NCBI GenBank assembly: GCA_973895155.1
Contig: OZ316892.1
Span: forward strand, 10,272,283-10,336,282
Length of the DNA: 64,000 bases
Origin: Marsupella aquatica
Lineage: Eukaryota; Plantae; Marchantiophyta
Direction: 5' to 3'
Part shown: positions 1-13,052 of the stretch, piece after piece
How the letters are laid out: every line of letters begins with the position of its first letter
How positions within the stretch are numbered: the first letter of the stretch is position 1
The notes under the pieces: generated by a model
Database searches by the model: none
Seen by the model: the letters and a program-made list of their open reading frames with translations, nothing else
What the model was told of the DNA's origin: nothing
Position numbers and translations under genes: made by a program

Positions 1-1437
1 GTTATTGCAGCACATATTGCCTATGGCCATAATAGGTTTGGCAAGTGAAGAAGTGCAAGATGCCCTTTGGTCATTGGGAAAACTATTGAGATGGGTATGC
101 TCTAAGGAGATATATACTGATGAGATCCCTGGGATGGAGGTTTTGGCAGCAGAGGTGGTATGCAAGTTGGAGAAGGCCCTTCCTCCTTCCTTTTTTGACT
201 ATCAAGTGCATTTACTTGTTCATCTTGTTCATGAGGTGGCCATTGCAGGTCCTGTGCATTGTCGGTGGATGTATTGGCTAGAATGATACATGGCAGTGTT
301 AAAAGGTTATGTACGTAACCGTGCACGGGTTGAGGGAAGCATGGCTACAGGATACTTAGCAGCTGAGAGTATGTTCTATTGTAGTAACATATTGGCCACA
401 ATTGATTGTACCTCTCCCCGTACTTGGGTAGAGGAGAGGGAAGATGAAGAGGATCGTTTAACAGGTGCTAGGAAAACTCGCATGTTGACACCAGTGGAGG
501 TGAAACAACTGACCACATTCATGTTGAGTAACAGCACTATCATGGAAGAATGGAGGGATTTCTATGAGGATGCCAAAAGTAACAGCACAAGACCAAGGAT
601 TTTTCCAAAGTACCTTGACTATATGAAGGAGAAGTTAGTTGAGGTGGATGACATGGTGGTCAGGGGAGAGAGTGTATTACATTTTCCGGCTATCACAGAT
701 GATGTTCGTACCATTGTTCATGGTCCCTTGAGAGTGGTTACAACAAGGACAGCAATGTGGACACAAGGAAGACATTTCAGGTGATCTCCATCTACCTTAG
801 TAACCTTTGATTTGAATCACTTGGTTTAATTTAATTCATTTGTAATACAAGCACGTATATTGAAGAGGCAGATTCTTGGTGTGTTCAATTAATTGGAATA
901 TGTTTTTGTCTATTTTTGTGTAACATATCCTTATGGTTTGATGGATTTTAGGATTTCTTCCCTTGATGAGAAGAGGGTCGTACCTTTGATTGTGGAGTTC
1001 AAGGACAATTCTCTCAAGATTCCCGCAGCAGTCGCCATGACACAAATATTATTCGAGATGTTGTGCCACATTATGGAAAGGTAGAAGAGATTCTAGTGAT
1101 ATCTTATGATGCACAATCAAAGTTTGAAGAGTATGTCTTCAAGTGCAAGTGGTTCAAAGTGAACCTTGCAGGTAACAATCCTACTGTGGTTCAAGATGAG
1201 TGTGGATTTACACGACTGAAGACGTCTGCCACTAGTTTCCAGCCATCTCATTGGCAAACATCAGAGCCGTTCACTTTTCCAAGTCATGTGGAACAATGTT
1301 TCTATATTCCATACCCCCCAAACCCAGAGGAATGGTCACTTGTCATCACATATGTGCCACGGTCTCGTTCAATCGTTGGGGAAAAGCCTGATATTCTGGT
1401 TGTGTCCCAACCTGAAGATGATGAGGACCAAGTTTGA
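1..1437 (+). pseudogene. CACTA TnpD-like transposase C-terminal part (DUF4218 + DUF4216), disrupted
   Basis: PPSFFDYQVHLLVHL...GPVHCRWMY..E(R)YM..LKGYVRNRARVEGS is DUF4218-like. YGKVEEI...FKCKWF...DECGFT...EPF...QCFY is DUF4216-like. In-frame TGA at 284-286 (probable CGA>TGA), GT-AG intron ~781-951, frameshift near 1000-1060. Confidence 0.85.
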
Positions 1438-2792
1438 GGGGTCTGTGTTTGTGGATATATAGCTACACGGATATATAGTTAGATTTGATGATATGAAGAT
1501 TTCTCTTCTCGGTAGAATGGAGAAATATGCGCTTCTCAATTATCAATAAACTTATGTTTTGTAAGTATATCATTTTCAAATGTTGTTTTCTATATCTCCC
1601 ATCCCTACCCCACACTCACCACACCTTTTGGTAGACTTTATGCAAAGAAAACTCATGTTGCTTGTAGTCCTCTATCCTCCATGCTTTCCTAATCCCCCCC
1701 TAGCTGTTCTCCTTATTACTTATACCCACCTCCCTCCTCCTTTCTTTCATTGTCTGTCCCTCTTATTAAACCCTCCTTCCTCCTTCCTCTCCTTGTCCCA
1801 ACCCCTGGCTTTCTATTTCAACCCTATACTTTCCTTACTTTCCACCCCTGTCCCCCACTCTTACCTATACAACCTAGCTTCTCTCCTCCCTCCTAAACCT
1901 ATACCCTTAAACCTCCCTCATTTCCTTGTCCCTCTCTAAACCAATACCCTCCCTCCTTTCCTTGTCCTTCTCTAAACCCTAAACTCCCTCCTTTTTATTT
2001 TCACTCCCTAAATCCAAACCCTCCCTAAAACTATATCTACATACCCTTCCTCCTCCCTCATTTCCTTGTGCCCCCTAAACCTGTATCCTCCCTCTTGGAT
2101 CCCTCCGTTCCTTGTCCCTCTTAGCCCCATTCCCTTCCTCCTCCTTTTCATTGTCCCTCCCTAAAAATTACATGTATCCACCCTCCTTTACCCTCCCTCC
2201 CCAATCCCATTCCTTTTCCACCTCTTTGAAGCGCTCATAATATTTTGCGAAACATCTTGCGAAACCCCTACACCCGCAAACTCATCGCTACATTTGCGAT
2301 ACTTAACTGCTCCCTAATTGCCATCATCCCCTCATCGCAAACTTCCGAAGATACCACCATCTCAAAGTTGTGAAACCAAAACATTCACAAAATGAGACCC
2401 TAGACAGGCACAGGATTTGCGAGCCTATTACTATCGCAAGTTAGCCATATATTCCACAAACATCGCTCATTTGCGAGACAATAAGACTCGCAAAATATTT
2501 TGAGATGCTTAAATATTCGCAACCATTTAGTTTTCCGGCGCATCTCAATGAATTTGTGAAGCGGTAAAGATCGCTAACTTGTTCAATGGTAATTGCTTTG
2601 GAAATGTTTTGCGATACCTGAAGTGTCGTAAAATGTTGCGATGGTCTAAGTTTCGCAATTATGTGTTGCGATGTGTGTAGATTCGCTAAGTGCGATGCGT
2701 ATCGTATCGCAAGTTTAGCGATGAGATTAATCTTGCAAAGCTTTCTTCCTCTTGTAAAAGGCCTTCGCAAAATTGGCAAATATGTAGTAGTG
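1..2792 (+). mobile_element. CACTA (En/Spm) DNA transposon, 3' portion
   Basis: Transposase remnants at 1-1437. Dense subterminal TCGCAA/TTGCGA repeats in both orientations at ~2230-2770. Terminus TGTAGTAGTG ends at 2792 (reverse complement CACTACTACA). The 5' end is outside the window. Confidence 0.9.
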
Positions 2793-5494
2793 ATTGAAAA
2801 AATCCGTGTAGTCAGACACCGTAGTAGTAGGGGATAGATGACACAAATGAGTAGAGGGTCAGAGCCAGAGCCGAAATTAGGCAAGAGCTGAGGTGAGAGC
2901 CAAAGCAAGACAAATCTAGACACAAGGGCAGGTCAAGCAAGTGTGTTGGGCAATAGATAAACCAACCAAGGCTTCTCTCTCACACTAGTCTGATAATCAC
3001 CTCCCCTTGAATCCAATGGTGATCAAAGAATGTCACATGGATTAGATGACCTATGTTTAATACCACCCCCTTAATTTTCTCCCCTTTCCCTTTTTCTCTG
3101 TCTTTTCCTTTTCATCTTGCGTTTCTCTGTTCCCTCCCCACCACTCACATGAGCTGGAGTGGGCTTGTGGTGTTAGACAAGCCCATGGAGGAGCTGGGCA
3201 CCAGGAGTTGGGGAGTTAAGGTGGGCAGAAGAGTGGAAGGCATATAAGGTGGGATTGGATGGCCATGGAGAAAGTCCTGGTTGGAGGTGTGGGCAATTGT
3301 GCCATGCCTAGGGTCTGCCCAGAGTGGAGAGGGCTGAGTGGGAAAGGAAGGCAAGAGGGAGAAAGGTCGGGAAAGGAATTTGAGACGAAAATTTAATAAA
3401 ATAGTCAAAATTTGCAAAATGGATCCAATTGTGATGAGATACTTAAGACACAGGGACAAGGTAAATATCACCATGCACCCTCATACAGGCAACAATAAAC
3501 CCAAAAATAGTAGCAATGATTCTGGAAAAATTATTAGGCCCTCCTAGTTTGAAAAAAGTTGCCCCTCCCTTCCCTAAAGGAAGTCCTAAAGGGGAAAACT
3601 CCATCAAATAACCACCAACTGAAAAACAAATATGCCCTCCATAACCAATTTAACCGCAAAACCCCCACACGAAAACCTTTCCGCCTCCCCAAAAAATAAT
3701 GGAAAGAGCTGAAACCCGTCTTTAAAAGGGAAAAATTGTTCCAAAAACGAAAGGAAATCCCTACATTGGTCTTCGCTCCCTTTCTCTTCCTAGAGTCTCT
3801 CCTACTAATGATTGAGCGTAGCTTATGCTACTTTACTAGATGTACTCATGTCAACTGCATTTTCCATCTTTGTCGTTTTGGGACACTTGTTCTTATACAT
3901 TCGTCCAAGTTTATAATTGACCCAGAAACAACAAAATAAATGGTTGTCATGAATTCCCGCCTAAATTGAGTTTCTAAGCCTACTGAAATTTGATATTATA
4001 GTAGTGAAGATGATTACTAAGGGTTAGGGGAGTACTGTATATGGTAGCTTGTGCTGTAATGACATTATTACAAGACTTCTTATTGTTGTCTGTTACCTTC
4101 TCTCAATATCCACGATGTTGAGAGTGAGGTGGTTGGCTATGTAAAGAACTCTTCTTTTCTTGCCTCAATTGCCTAATATGGAGAGGGAAACCAAAGCCTG
4201 GATGGGCTGGAAGATTGTCTCTTGTCGTCCCCATGGACTGCGACACCTAAAATGAGCACTTTACAGCTAATGATGAGAGAATCTCGATGATAAATGTTCT
4301 CAATTGACTATTTACCTTCTCTAAGGAGACTCTGTGCACTTAAAACTAAGTTGAAAAATGCATGGAATGGACTGAAGTTTACATTTAATGATGTATTTGA
4401 AATTTTTAGTATCTCCATACGGGCTCAGTAGTCAAAGCACTTATTCTAACAAGAGCAGCCCTCTTTGAAAAACATGATTCCTTAGAGTTTTGCAATGGAG
4501 AAAAATTAGTTACTTGCAGTGCTCTTCGTGACAAGAGAAGCGCTCTCTGAAAAATGAGATTTCTAAACAATATTCCCTTAGATTAAATCTTAAGATAGCT
4601 TAGTAGCAGAAATATAAGTCAAAACCCTGTTTAACACAAGAGAGACACTCTATGAAAGATAGAATATAACTTTGTAGTCTATTATAAAAATAATATTCTT
4701 GAAGAAAATTTAGTTCATTTTGTTTTATGTCGTAAGTGAAGAAACTCTTTGAAAATGTGAAGTGCTTAGTACACACATTGTTTTATTGACCATAAAGGCT
4801 ACATATGGTGCTGAAACACTTGAATATAATTTACTTCTTATCTTTTTTTATTGAACTCTAAAAACATGGTTAGGTTACTACTAGAAGGAGGGAAAGATAA
4901 TAAAAGACTAAAACCCACAATAAAGCAAAGCTTGCAATCAAGGCTGCTCTGGCCACTGACATGATATCTTTTGCAGTTTTGCGGGATCTTTTGGACAGAA
5001 ATGATGATGAAATAAGAGACAAATACTTTTTGGATAGAAATGATGATCTTACAGGGTTGTTTTGAACAGAAGGGTAAAGAACAGCCTCCTAGCATATCTC
5101 TGTGTATTTGACCGGTCCATCCAAGTTTGGCTTGTCCATGGGGGCTTCATCAGTCCATCCAGGCTTTAAGTTCAGGGAAACAGGGGTTTTAAAGAAAGGA
5201 GGATAGTCAAAGTACATTGTTGCAAAAACAATTGGTCAAAAATCTTATCTGCAATCTCTCTTAAACACCTCCCTTGGTAGAAAACTAAAGACAAGCACCT
5301 CCTATTGATCTTGCAATCTCTATTTATCACCCCCCTTTGGACAAAACCCAAACTAAGCACCTCTTATTGATCTTCAGCAAGACAAGTGGAAAGTTACTTT
5401 GGGACTGTCCACTAACCGTCCATTCTTTCTTGCCGATGAAAATTAAAAAAATTGTCAAAGGTTTCATCTAAGCCCCATTGCCGGGTGGTGTTAG

Positions 5495-6090
5495 TGTAAA
5501 AAGAGCAGGGCATGCATGGGACGTAAACTTACCTTGCATCTCTACCTCTCCACACTTACATCAGGGAGACATGACTCCCCTCATGTATGCTTCAATCTGG
5601 AGACTTGTCACCCCCGAACTAACTTAAGTCCCCTATCTTTGGCCCCCATCTGGACTTCAACCAAGTTAACTAGACACAACTTGTTAGCTAACTTCTTAGG
5701 CCCATAACTTTGTAGTTAGGCATTCGTAGGTCAAGGGTGCCGGCTGGTTGGCTCCACCTGAGTGCCGTACAGTTCTCATGTGTGAAGCGTCTGATCGACA
5801 TGATCCAAACTTTGTTACGTGTGGTCCCGACGGTCCACCTTGAGCCCAGCCCATCTCATAGCCCAACTAGCTCCTAAGGCCAGTCCGGGTCCCTTGTGCG
5901 TGACTCTAGCTCAGTGCCTTGCCTTTAGAGAAACACCTGGTTGCTCTCAAGTCTCCTCAAATTGACATGCTTAGTCCCTTCTGGTCATCCCGGCGCCTGG
6001 AGATCACCATAGAGGAGCTTGGCGTTGGAGTCAGTGACGCCAGAGCTGAGACAGTGGTAGGGTAGTTAAGTTCTGCGTCTATTACATGAC
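5495..6090 (-). mobile_element. Diverged Gypsy LTR fragment, same family as the LTR starting ~62640
   Basis: The reverse complement aligns by eye with 62640-63270, e.g. gctctggcgtcactgactccaacgccaagctc vs gctccgacgtcactgacaccaatgccgagctc, and the aagcata(c/t)atgaggggagt block. Confidence 0.7.
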
Positions 6091-6914
6091 AGTATCACTT
6101 TTTCATATTGATCAGACATGCATGCCACAAGGGTGGTGCACAATTCAAAGAATGTGTAGAAGACTACATTATTTAGTTAAAGGCAAGTTGTTGTGGTATC
6201 TTAGAACAAGCCTGGTTATAGTTGAGGTGTGTGATTAGCCACCCGATTAGCCAGTCCCACTTCTAATGGTATTCCTGTAACAAGAAAATGAAGACCGTAG
6301 ACACTAAAGTTGGTTTTTGAAAACTTATGTGTACACTCTAAAAAAATCTATTAGGCATGCACTTTTAGGTCTAGAGTTACTATGTAACCACAGTTACTCT
6401 AACCTCAGGGATCTCACTTCTGCAAACATGACATCATGTGCAACAAATAATAGCTCAGTTGTTTTATTTGTTCTAAGTGAAAACTTAAAAAGTTATGTGT
6501 AAGAACATTGGGGTCATCTAAATCCAATTTTGACTCATTTAAAGAAAAGATAGGGTTTTAAAAACCAATTCCAAGTAAAAAACCTATTCTAGTTTGATAG
6601 AAAAAAATCAACCTATAGAGTCTAGAAGGCCTAAAACAGTGCAAGTGATGGCCCGAGTCTCCATATAGTGAGACCCCCAAGGTCTAACTGGGGATGTAAC
6701 ACCGGGAATCAGGTGCTTGGTTAAGGTTAGGAGCGTTATCACTAACTATCTTCATAGCAGGACTTAGTCAGTGAGTGGAACTTATACTCATTAATAGGCA
6801 GCCAGTTGAAAGATAGGGAGAACTTAGTTTGTTGAGACTCCCTAACTATAGCTGATTTCACTATAGCTCTCTTATGTGTTCCCATGTGTTGAGCATAGAC
6901 AACACTCGTAATGG

Positions 6915-7430
6915 TAAGCACATGACACATCCAACGCGCAAGCAGTTGACACAAGAGATACGTGATTCACCTCCTCGAGGCTACGTCCACGGGAACACAC
7001 AAGAGAGCTTTACTGAACTCTAAGCCCGTCGGCCATACCAAGTCTCCACAGTGTAAGCTCTCCTCATCTCTCAAGTGGCTCCATAACAATGAGCCTAAGT
7101 TCCACTTATCCAAGCAAACACCGCTTGGCATATAGTGTGCATCCTAGTTAACCTAACCACGTCTCCAACTACGGTTAGTCTAACTACGGTTACATGCTGT
7201 AACCCTAGACCTTGAGTAAATACCTAACACCATGGACATAGACTCTAGAGAGGTCAACCAGGTATCTCTTGTGTTTATGTTCCTTGGATGTTTGCACATG
7301 CGCATGCTGTCTATGAATAGGATAATGTCCTGGTTAGAGGGCATTGTGGGATATAATGCCCTGCAAAACAAGGGTAGTAGCCCGAGTTCTGAGGGCATTA
7401 TTTCCATAATGCCCATAACTAGGACATTAA
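6915..7430 (-). mobile_element. Copia-type LTR (solo or partial)
   Basis: Minus strand contains gtggacgtagcc...gtgaatcacgtatctcttgtgt, a plant Copia U5-like motif, ending ...tgtgtCA at 6923. A second copy lies at 10160-10310. No TSD found, so the far end is uncertain. Confidence 0.55.
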
Positions 7431-10159
7431 TGTATGTAAAAACTTGAGTGACTTTTGGATAACAAACAAGAAAAAGTGAATCCCTGAAATAGAAAATTCA
7501 GATTAAAAGGTCATCCAAGAAGTGGTTGCTATGGAATTGGCCAAAAATATATGTTCTTGAGTTATATTAGATTCTATTCATAGATATTTTGTTCGTATCA
7601 CCATATAAGATTTGGTTATCATCTTGAGATTTTGACTAAATTTAATTGTTTTTTGTGTATGGTGAAACTATATTTAATTTTTACTTTTACTATATTTATG
7701 GTGTTTTGTATAATCCCCTCCTCAAAAAAAGGGGTGCATTATGGAGAATTAATGCACTCAAATATACAAAGAGAAAAGTCATGAAAAGCTTTACGATTAG
7801 TAGTCGTTTGCTCATCAAACCCATATTATATGAAAAAGGGGCAAACTAATGGGATTGTTAACTGCCAAAATGCTAAAGCATCTCCAATCCAATGGAGTTT
7901 GGCTTGGGTTAAATGTTTTTATTAAAAAAGGGTGGATTTAATACCCAGTTTGACAATGTCCTATTTTTAGTTCTCTACATGCATGTATCATGGCCAACTG
8001 GAAAGCAACCCCAACACTCTTGCCGGGTAATTTCTTGAAACAGCAAGGGTCAGCATCTAAGACCATAGATTGAAATTTTGAAACCCATCACCAAAACCCT
8101 AGAAAGTCGGCTACTATATAACCTCATCCAGTAAGTACTTAAAAAAACCCATGATTAGTGAAACCCCAATGACATTCTAGTGAGTGTGTTGGACCTGACT
8201 TTTTCTTTTTTCTTTGCACGAATAATTGGTCAACACCGGTGGTATTACAAACCCCAATATGGTTGGCTCTAGATGCTCTAAGTAGTGTTAGTGAAGTGCA
8301 AGCTAAGTCAGAGGGGTACCACCTAGGCCACCAATGGATCTTCACTTTCACCACAAAAAGGACGTAGCCCTTATTGTAAAAAATCACTTGAGGACAAAAC
8401 GAATCCAAATGTTACATGGCCAATGGCCAAGATTGTTCTGATGGGATTGTAAGTTTAGATCTGGTACCCCAAGACTTTGGAAGTGTTGCAAACTTCTCTA
8501 ACATCTAAATGTATGCCCAACTAAACCTTTGTGGAGTGTAGTCAGCAAAATCTAAATGAATTTCCAGGTACTTTCTCTCTCCTTTTTGAGCTAGTCATTG
8601 GTGCCTCCAGTGGTTCCCCCTCTAGCTGGCACTTGACCTTGGGAATACATTTTAATGTTTGTCTTATGTACGTCATGTTGAGCAATTGACTGCTACTCTA
8701 ATTACTTATTCATAGATGATGTAAGGTATGAATTTTGTTTTGTTGGTTAGTAAGTGATAAATGACAGATATAAAGTAGGGGATTGAACAGCTTTCTACTA
8801 CTACTGTAAAGTCTCTAACACAGAACCAGGCCACATGTAACTACTTCTTTTATCATAAAATGAATTACATAAGGTATGTTCCAGGATGAACATGCTAGAC
8901 ATTCAGAAAACAATGTCTATCCATAAATGACCTTGCACCTGGTTTCATGAATTTTTTTTTTCAAAAGATTTGAGATAGCGGTCCCATCCATGCTTATAGC
9001 TCCAGAAACGCGAGTCAAAAACAGGGTTTAAAATTCATTCAATCACTGGGCTGAAAATTCTTGCACTTGTTAAACAACCAACGAAGCTACTATCCGGACA
9101 AATTCTTAAGCAAGAAGTCCATTCGAGTGAATCATACAATGCGCCATCAATCTAGGCATATGTAACTCCAAGTCTTGTCTTATAAAACAAAAATGCCCTC
9201 TCACCAGGAGGTCACCCTATTCGTAAGTGTTGGCTTTACAAGATGCCTGGGCCATTGTCTTATTCTAACACATTGTTTAATGAGTGGAAAGGACTCCAGT
9301 TGACTTGAGACCCATTCAGGTAGTGTGTCTACCGATTTGGCAAGAGTGGGTCCAAGTATATGCTCACATGGTGTGTTTTTTTTTTGTCTGAAAGGGACCA
9401 CATCTCTGACTGGCTTTTTCTTTCTGAGAGGGATTTGTATATATTAAAGTCTCGAGTCTCCCGTTAATTTTTATTTTTATTTGGAAATACGATCAATTGT
9501 AAGGGATAAGATTCAGTTTAGACAATCTGCTTCGAGCATTTATAGATAACATATTCACAAGGTAGCTAGACTTAGCTCACTTAAATCCCTTCAAGATTAT
9601 TCTCTTTGTGCTTTTTCTTTATTTTAGGGAAGAGAATGCTGTTCACATGCATGTGACTCGTTGTCCTCTACTCGTTGTCTTTTTGGTAAAGAAAGTGAGA
9701 TGTCAACTTGCTATAAATATGGGTTTGATTCAAGAATGTGAATGTCAACTTGAATGAAATATGGGATTGATTCAGCCTAATCTGTAAGGTCTGTCTTCCT
9801 GGCCAAGTATGGCAAATGTCACCTTGCCTGAAGAGATGTTAGTACTATTCCTTATCTGATTTTCCCAAGGTATTTTTGACAGCCAGCAGTCAGTTTCTTG
9901 GAGAGGTAGGACCTTGTGATAAACTCTTGAAAATCTGGTATGATTTCAAGTGTGAAGGAGGAGAAAAAGAATTAACCAATTTTTAACTACATTCTCACTA
10001 AAGATATTCTAATTTACAATATTGTCAATCATTGTTTAATTTGATGTATTTACAAATATGTAATGGTTTTCATACATTTACACACTGTCTAGTTACTTTG
10101 TTAAATTTTTTGTCTTTGTATAAAAGCATTGTCTAACATAGATTACATTCACGACAACA

Positions 10160-10310
10160 AGCATATGACACATCCAACGCGCAAGTAGTTAACAAAGAGA
10201 TATATGGTTCACCTCCTCGAGCCTACATCCATGAGAACACACAAAAAAACTTTACTAAACTTTAAACCCATCAACTATACTAAGTCTCCACTATGTAAAC
10301 TCTTTTATCA
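10160..10310 (-). repeat. Second, heavily C>T/G>A-mutated copy of the 6920-7070 LTR segment
   Basis: Direct alignment: tgacacatccaacgcgcaag...ttcacctcctcgag...aagtctccac. Confidence 0.85.
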
Positions 10311-10329
10311 CTTGGGTCTATACATCGGG

Positions 10330-10456
10330 ACTCCTCAAAGTCTCAAACCTTGGTGCCTAGGGTAGTTTTGGGGGCACTCTAGCCCATAATGACTTCCTCA
10401 AAGTCTCAAACCTTGGTGCCTAAGGTACTTTTGGGGCACTATAGCCCATAATGACT
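10330..10456. repeat. ~63-bp tandem duplication
   Basis: tcctcaaagtctcaaaccttggtgccta...ggggcact.tagcccataatgact occurs twice. Confidence 0.85.
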
Positions 10457-11848
10457 CAAAAAGGCCATTACTAAATTAAAGAAAGAAAAGACGGCTGGGC
10501 TAGTACTATAGTAGCCTGTTACTCTTGTAGCCCAGCCACCAAAAAACGAAGGAATCGCAAACAAAGGTGCATCGATGAATGTCAGCCTGAATATCAGCCG
10601 ATCCTTTTGCAAGAGGCAACCAAAACGACAACGCCACACTATAAAGAAGAGTAGAGGGGTGTCGTGCTACTTGAAGAAATGAAAGGTGCTGCCACAAGGC
10701 AATCCGATGAAAACTATTGCATTGTCTCGGATTCTGCGAATTTCTCACTTCTTTGTTCGCCCCAAGGACGGACCCAATTCTCTGATCAGTCGCGAACATT
10801 CAATCGGTCTCTGGATCGCTCAGTCTCTCTCACTCTCGCCCATCAAACAAGCTGCATACATCCCTCTTGTCCAGCCCAGCCCAGCCCACTGCAGTGCATC
10901 GAGTTGCAATCTAGCTGCCCCATTCCATCTACGACTGGACAGGTCGGGGTTGGATTGTCTCTAGAACCATGAATGGAATCTAGTTCCATCTCAGTCTGCT
11001 GCTCTTTCTGATTCTTTATATCGGCCCGGCATGTGTCTGTCGTAGCTTTGAGCAGGACGGAGGGATCGGGTGTGTGTGGACTTTCTGGAAAGTCTGGAAA
11101 ATCCACGCTTTCTGGAACTGGGCTTGATCTGGTGCTCAAGTCCACTTGCATCCCTTCCTTGTTGTTGCTGCTTTCGTGACGTGTTCACTATGTGGAAATT
11201 GGCTCACCGCATCTCCTGATGCTGTCTAGAGTGAGGCTACTTTAAATCAGTTATTGGCTCGGGACATTTCAATGCGGATAAATGATATATGACGGTGAGT
11301 TGCGACGCCGTTGTGATCTTCGAAGGGACGTGCGTGGGGTTGGTCTGGTTTTCAGTGCTGGGAGGGCCCATCATCTTAGTTTGCAGACAGGGCGATTGGG
11401 AGTATACTGTCATTACACAGAAAACGGCCCGGATTTCTGGGCTGGCTTGGTGGAGTCCCGAGCATCATTCAATTCGTTTAGATCGACCTTGCTGTCTGTA
11501 CGTGTCTGAGAGGAAAGGAATCAAGGAAGTGCGCGCTTTGCAGCTATTGGATTTCATCCGTACTTGACCTCAAGCGTCGATCACCTGGTATTCAATTCTC
11601 TATCACCTTCATGCATGTCCAAATTGCCATCCTCGATGAATTCAAAACATTTTGAAAAATTGGTGAGGCGGAGAAATATTTGTTTGTTAGTAAATCCGGC
11701 AGATATGTGTTCGATTTTATGTTTCCTCTTCTAGATTGGTACTGTACAATTCTGAAGTCGGTTGCATCGACCTTCCAGAGAAGAGTGGGCGAAAATTGTC
11801 TACGGAGTGTGTGACAGAGAGGGGGGGTAAGCGCTTGGACGTCTCACC

Positions 11849-12628
11849 ATGGGCAATGTGACGCAATGCCTAGCCGAGCCACCCTCAGTTCGAGTGATGC
11901 GGCCGGATGGAAACGTCATGGAGTATGACTACGGTATCCAGGTAGCAATGTTGATGACGCTATTTCCAGGGCACTTGTTGATTCATTGTCCCACTGACCC
12001 TGCGCCTTCCGGCGAGCGAAATCAATTCAAAGTCATGGAGGTGAACGACCGACTTCGTCTTGGTCAGTCGTACATAATCTATCCAATTCCGTCTCAGTAT
12101 AAAGGGATCTTCAAAGCACCTTCGATTCCGATGGATCGGATGTGTGTTCCTCGTTATTTAAATTCGAGTCTCACCCTGAAGGGCTTTGCGAAGGGCAATA
12201 GTAAGGTCAAACGGACGAGGAGGAGTAAGCTTTGGAGGGTGAAGCTTGTCGCAACGCCCTTCCTTTCGCTCTTTGCTTGCCAACCATCATCTCCGGTGGA
12301 GTCTGACAGAGAATGCATGCCCCTTTTGGAATTGGATGAGTCCACCCCGAGCTTGAACAATATGAAGAGGAAAAGACCAGGTTTTGGGATCGGTGATCAT
12401 CCATCTGTCTGGAAGCCAGATTTAGACGATATTCCAGAAAATCCACGTGGTTTCCATGCCTTGCCTTGGGCATACGAAGAAGCCGAAGAGAAATCACGGC
12501 CCTGCTTGGACAGATTACAGCCACCAAACAGTGATGAAGATTTGGGGCCGAAGATCGGGAGAATGATTGCGCTTTCGATGTCGTCAAGATTCAGCAACCT
12601 CGATGTTAAGGAAGAAATTCCACAGTGA
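11849..12628 (+). CDS. PADRE (DUF4228) domain protein
   Basis: Intact 259-aa ORF. MGN..C N-terminus (myristoylation/palmitoylation-like), RVMRPDG.V.EY...V..LM..FPGH, L..GQSY.IYP, and a WKPDLDDIPE motif matching the PADRE W(R/K)PxLxxIxE motif. Confidence 0.85.
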   Translation: MGNVTQCLAEPPSVRVMRPDGNVMEYDYGIQVAMLMTLFPGHLLIHCPTDPAPSGERNQFKVMEVNDRLRLGQSYIIYPIPSQYKGIFKAPSIPMDRMCVPRYLNSSLTLKGFAKGNSKVKRTRRSKLWRVKLVATPFLSLFACQPSSPVESDRECMPLLELDESTPSLNNMKRKRPGFGIGDHPSVWKPDLDDIPENPRGFHALPWAYEEAEEKSRPCLDRLQPPNSDEDLGPKIGRMIALSMSSRFSNLDVKEEIPQ

Positions 12629-12730
12629 TTCCAAATGTGGGATCTACATCCAGGTTTTGAAAAAAAATTCCGTCAGGACTACAAGCATTCCGAAGTGTTT
12701 CCAGGGTCGAGAGCATCCAGGGTCACGGAG

Positions 12731-13052
12731 CTGCCTTTGGCTAAACTTCTTTTTCAAGATCGAGCTTTAGTACAAGCTGTTTTAACTCACAACAGCAGAA
12801 CGCGGGGCATTCATAGTTCGATCCGAATTACAAGTTTCTTCAATCTAATACTCTCTCTAACGGCGAGAAAACATGTTGGCGAGATCGAGGACATGTCGGG
12901 AAAGTTCGAGAGTCTGCCCTTGGCTAAACTGCTTGTTAGAGCTTTACAACTGTTTAAATCAGCAAAAGCATCAAGCGGGGCATTAAGTCATTAATACTTC
13001 GATCCGAATTACAAATTACTTTCCCTCAAACGGCGAGAAGACATGTTGGAGA
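12731..13052. repeat. Diverged ~185-bp direct duplication downstream of the PADRE gene
   Basis: ctgcc.ttggctaaact...gcggggcatt...ttcgatccgaattacaa...aacggcgagaa.acatgttgg at ~12731 and ~12915. Confidence 0.75.

Noticed and set aside
1580-2225. 119-aa Leu/Pro-rich ORF
   Set aside because: Low-complexity pyrimidine-rich non-coding part of the CACTA element.
2793-3080. Minus-strand LTR preceded by a PPT (aagggggtgg)
   Set aside because: Plausible, but there is no TG start, second copy or linked pol sequence to support a call.
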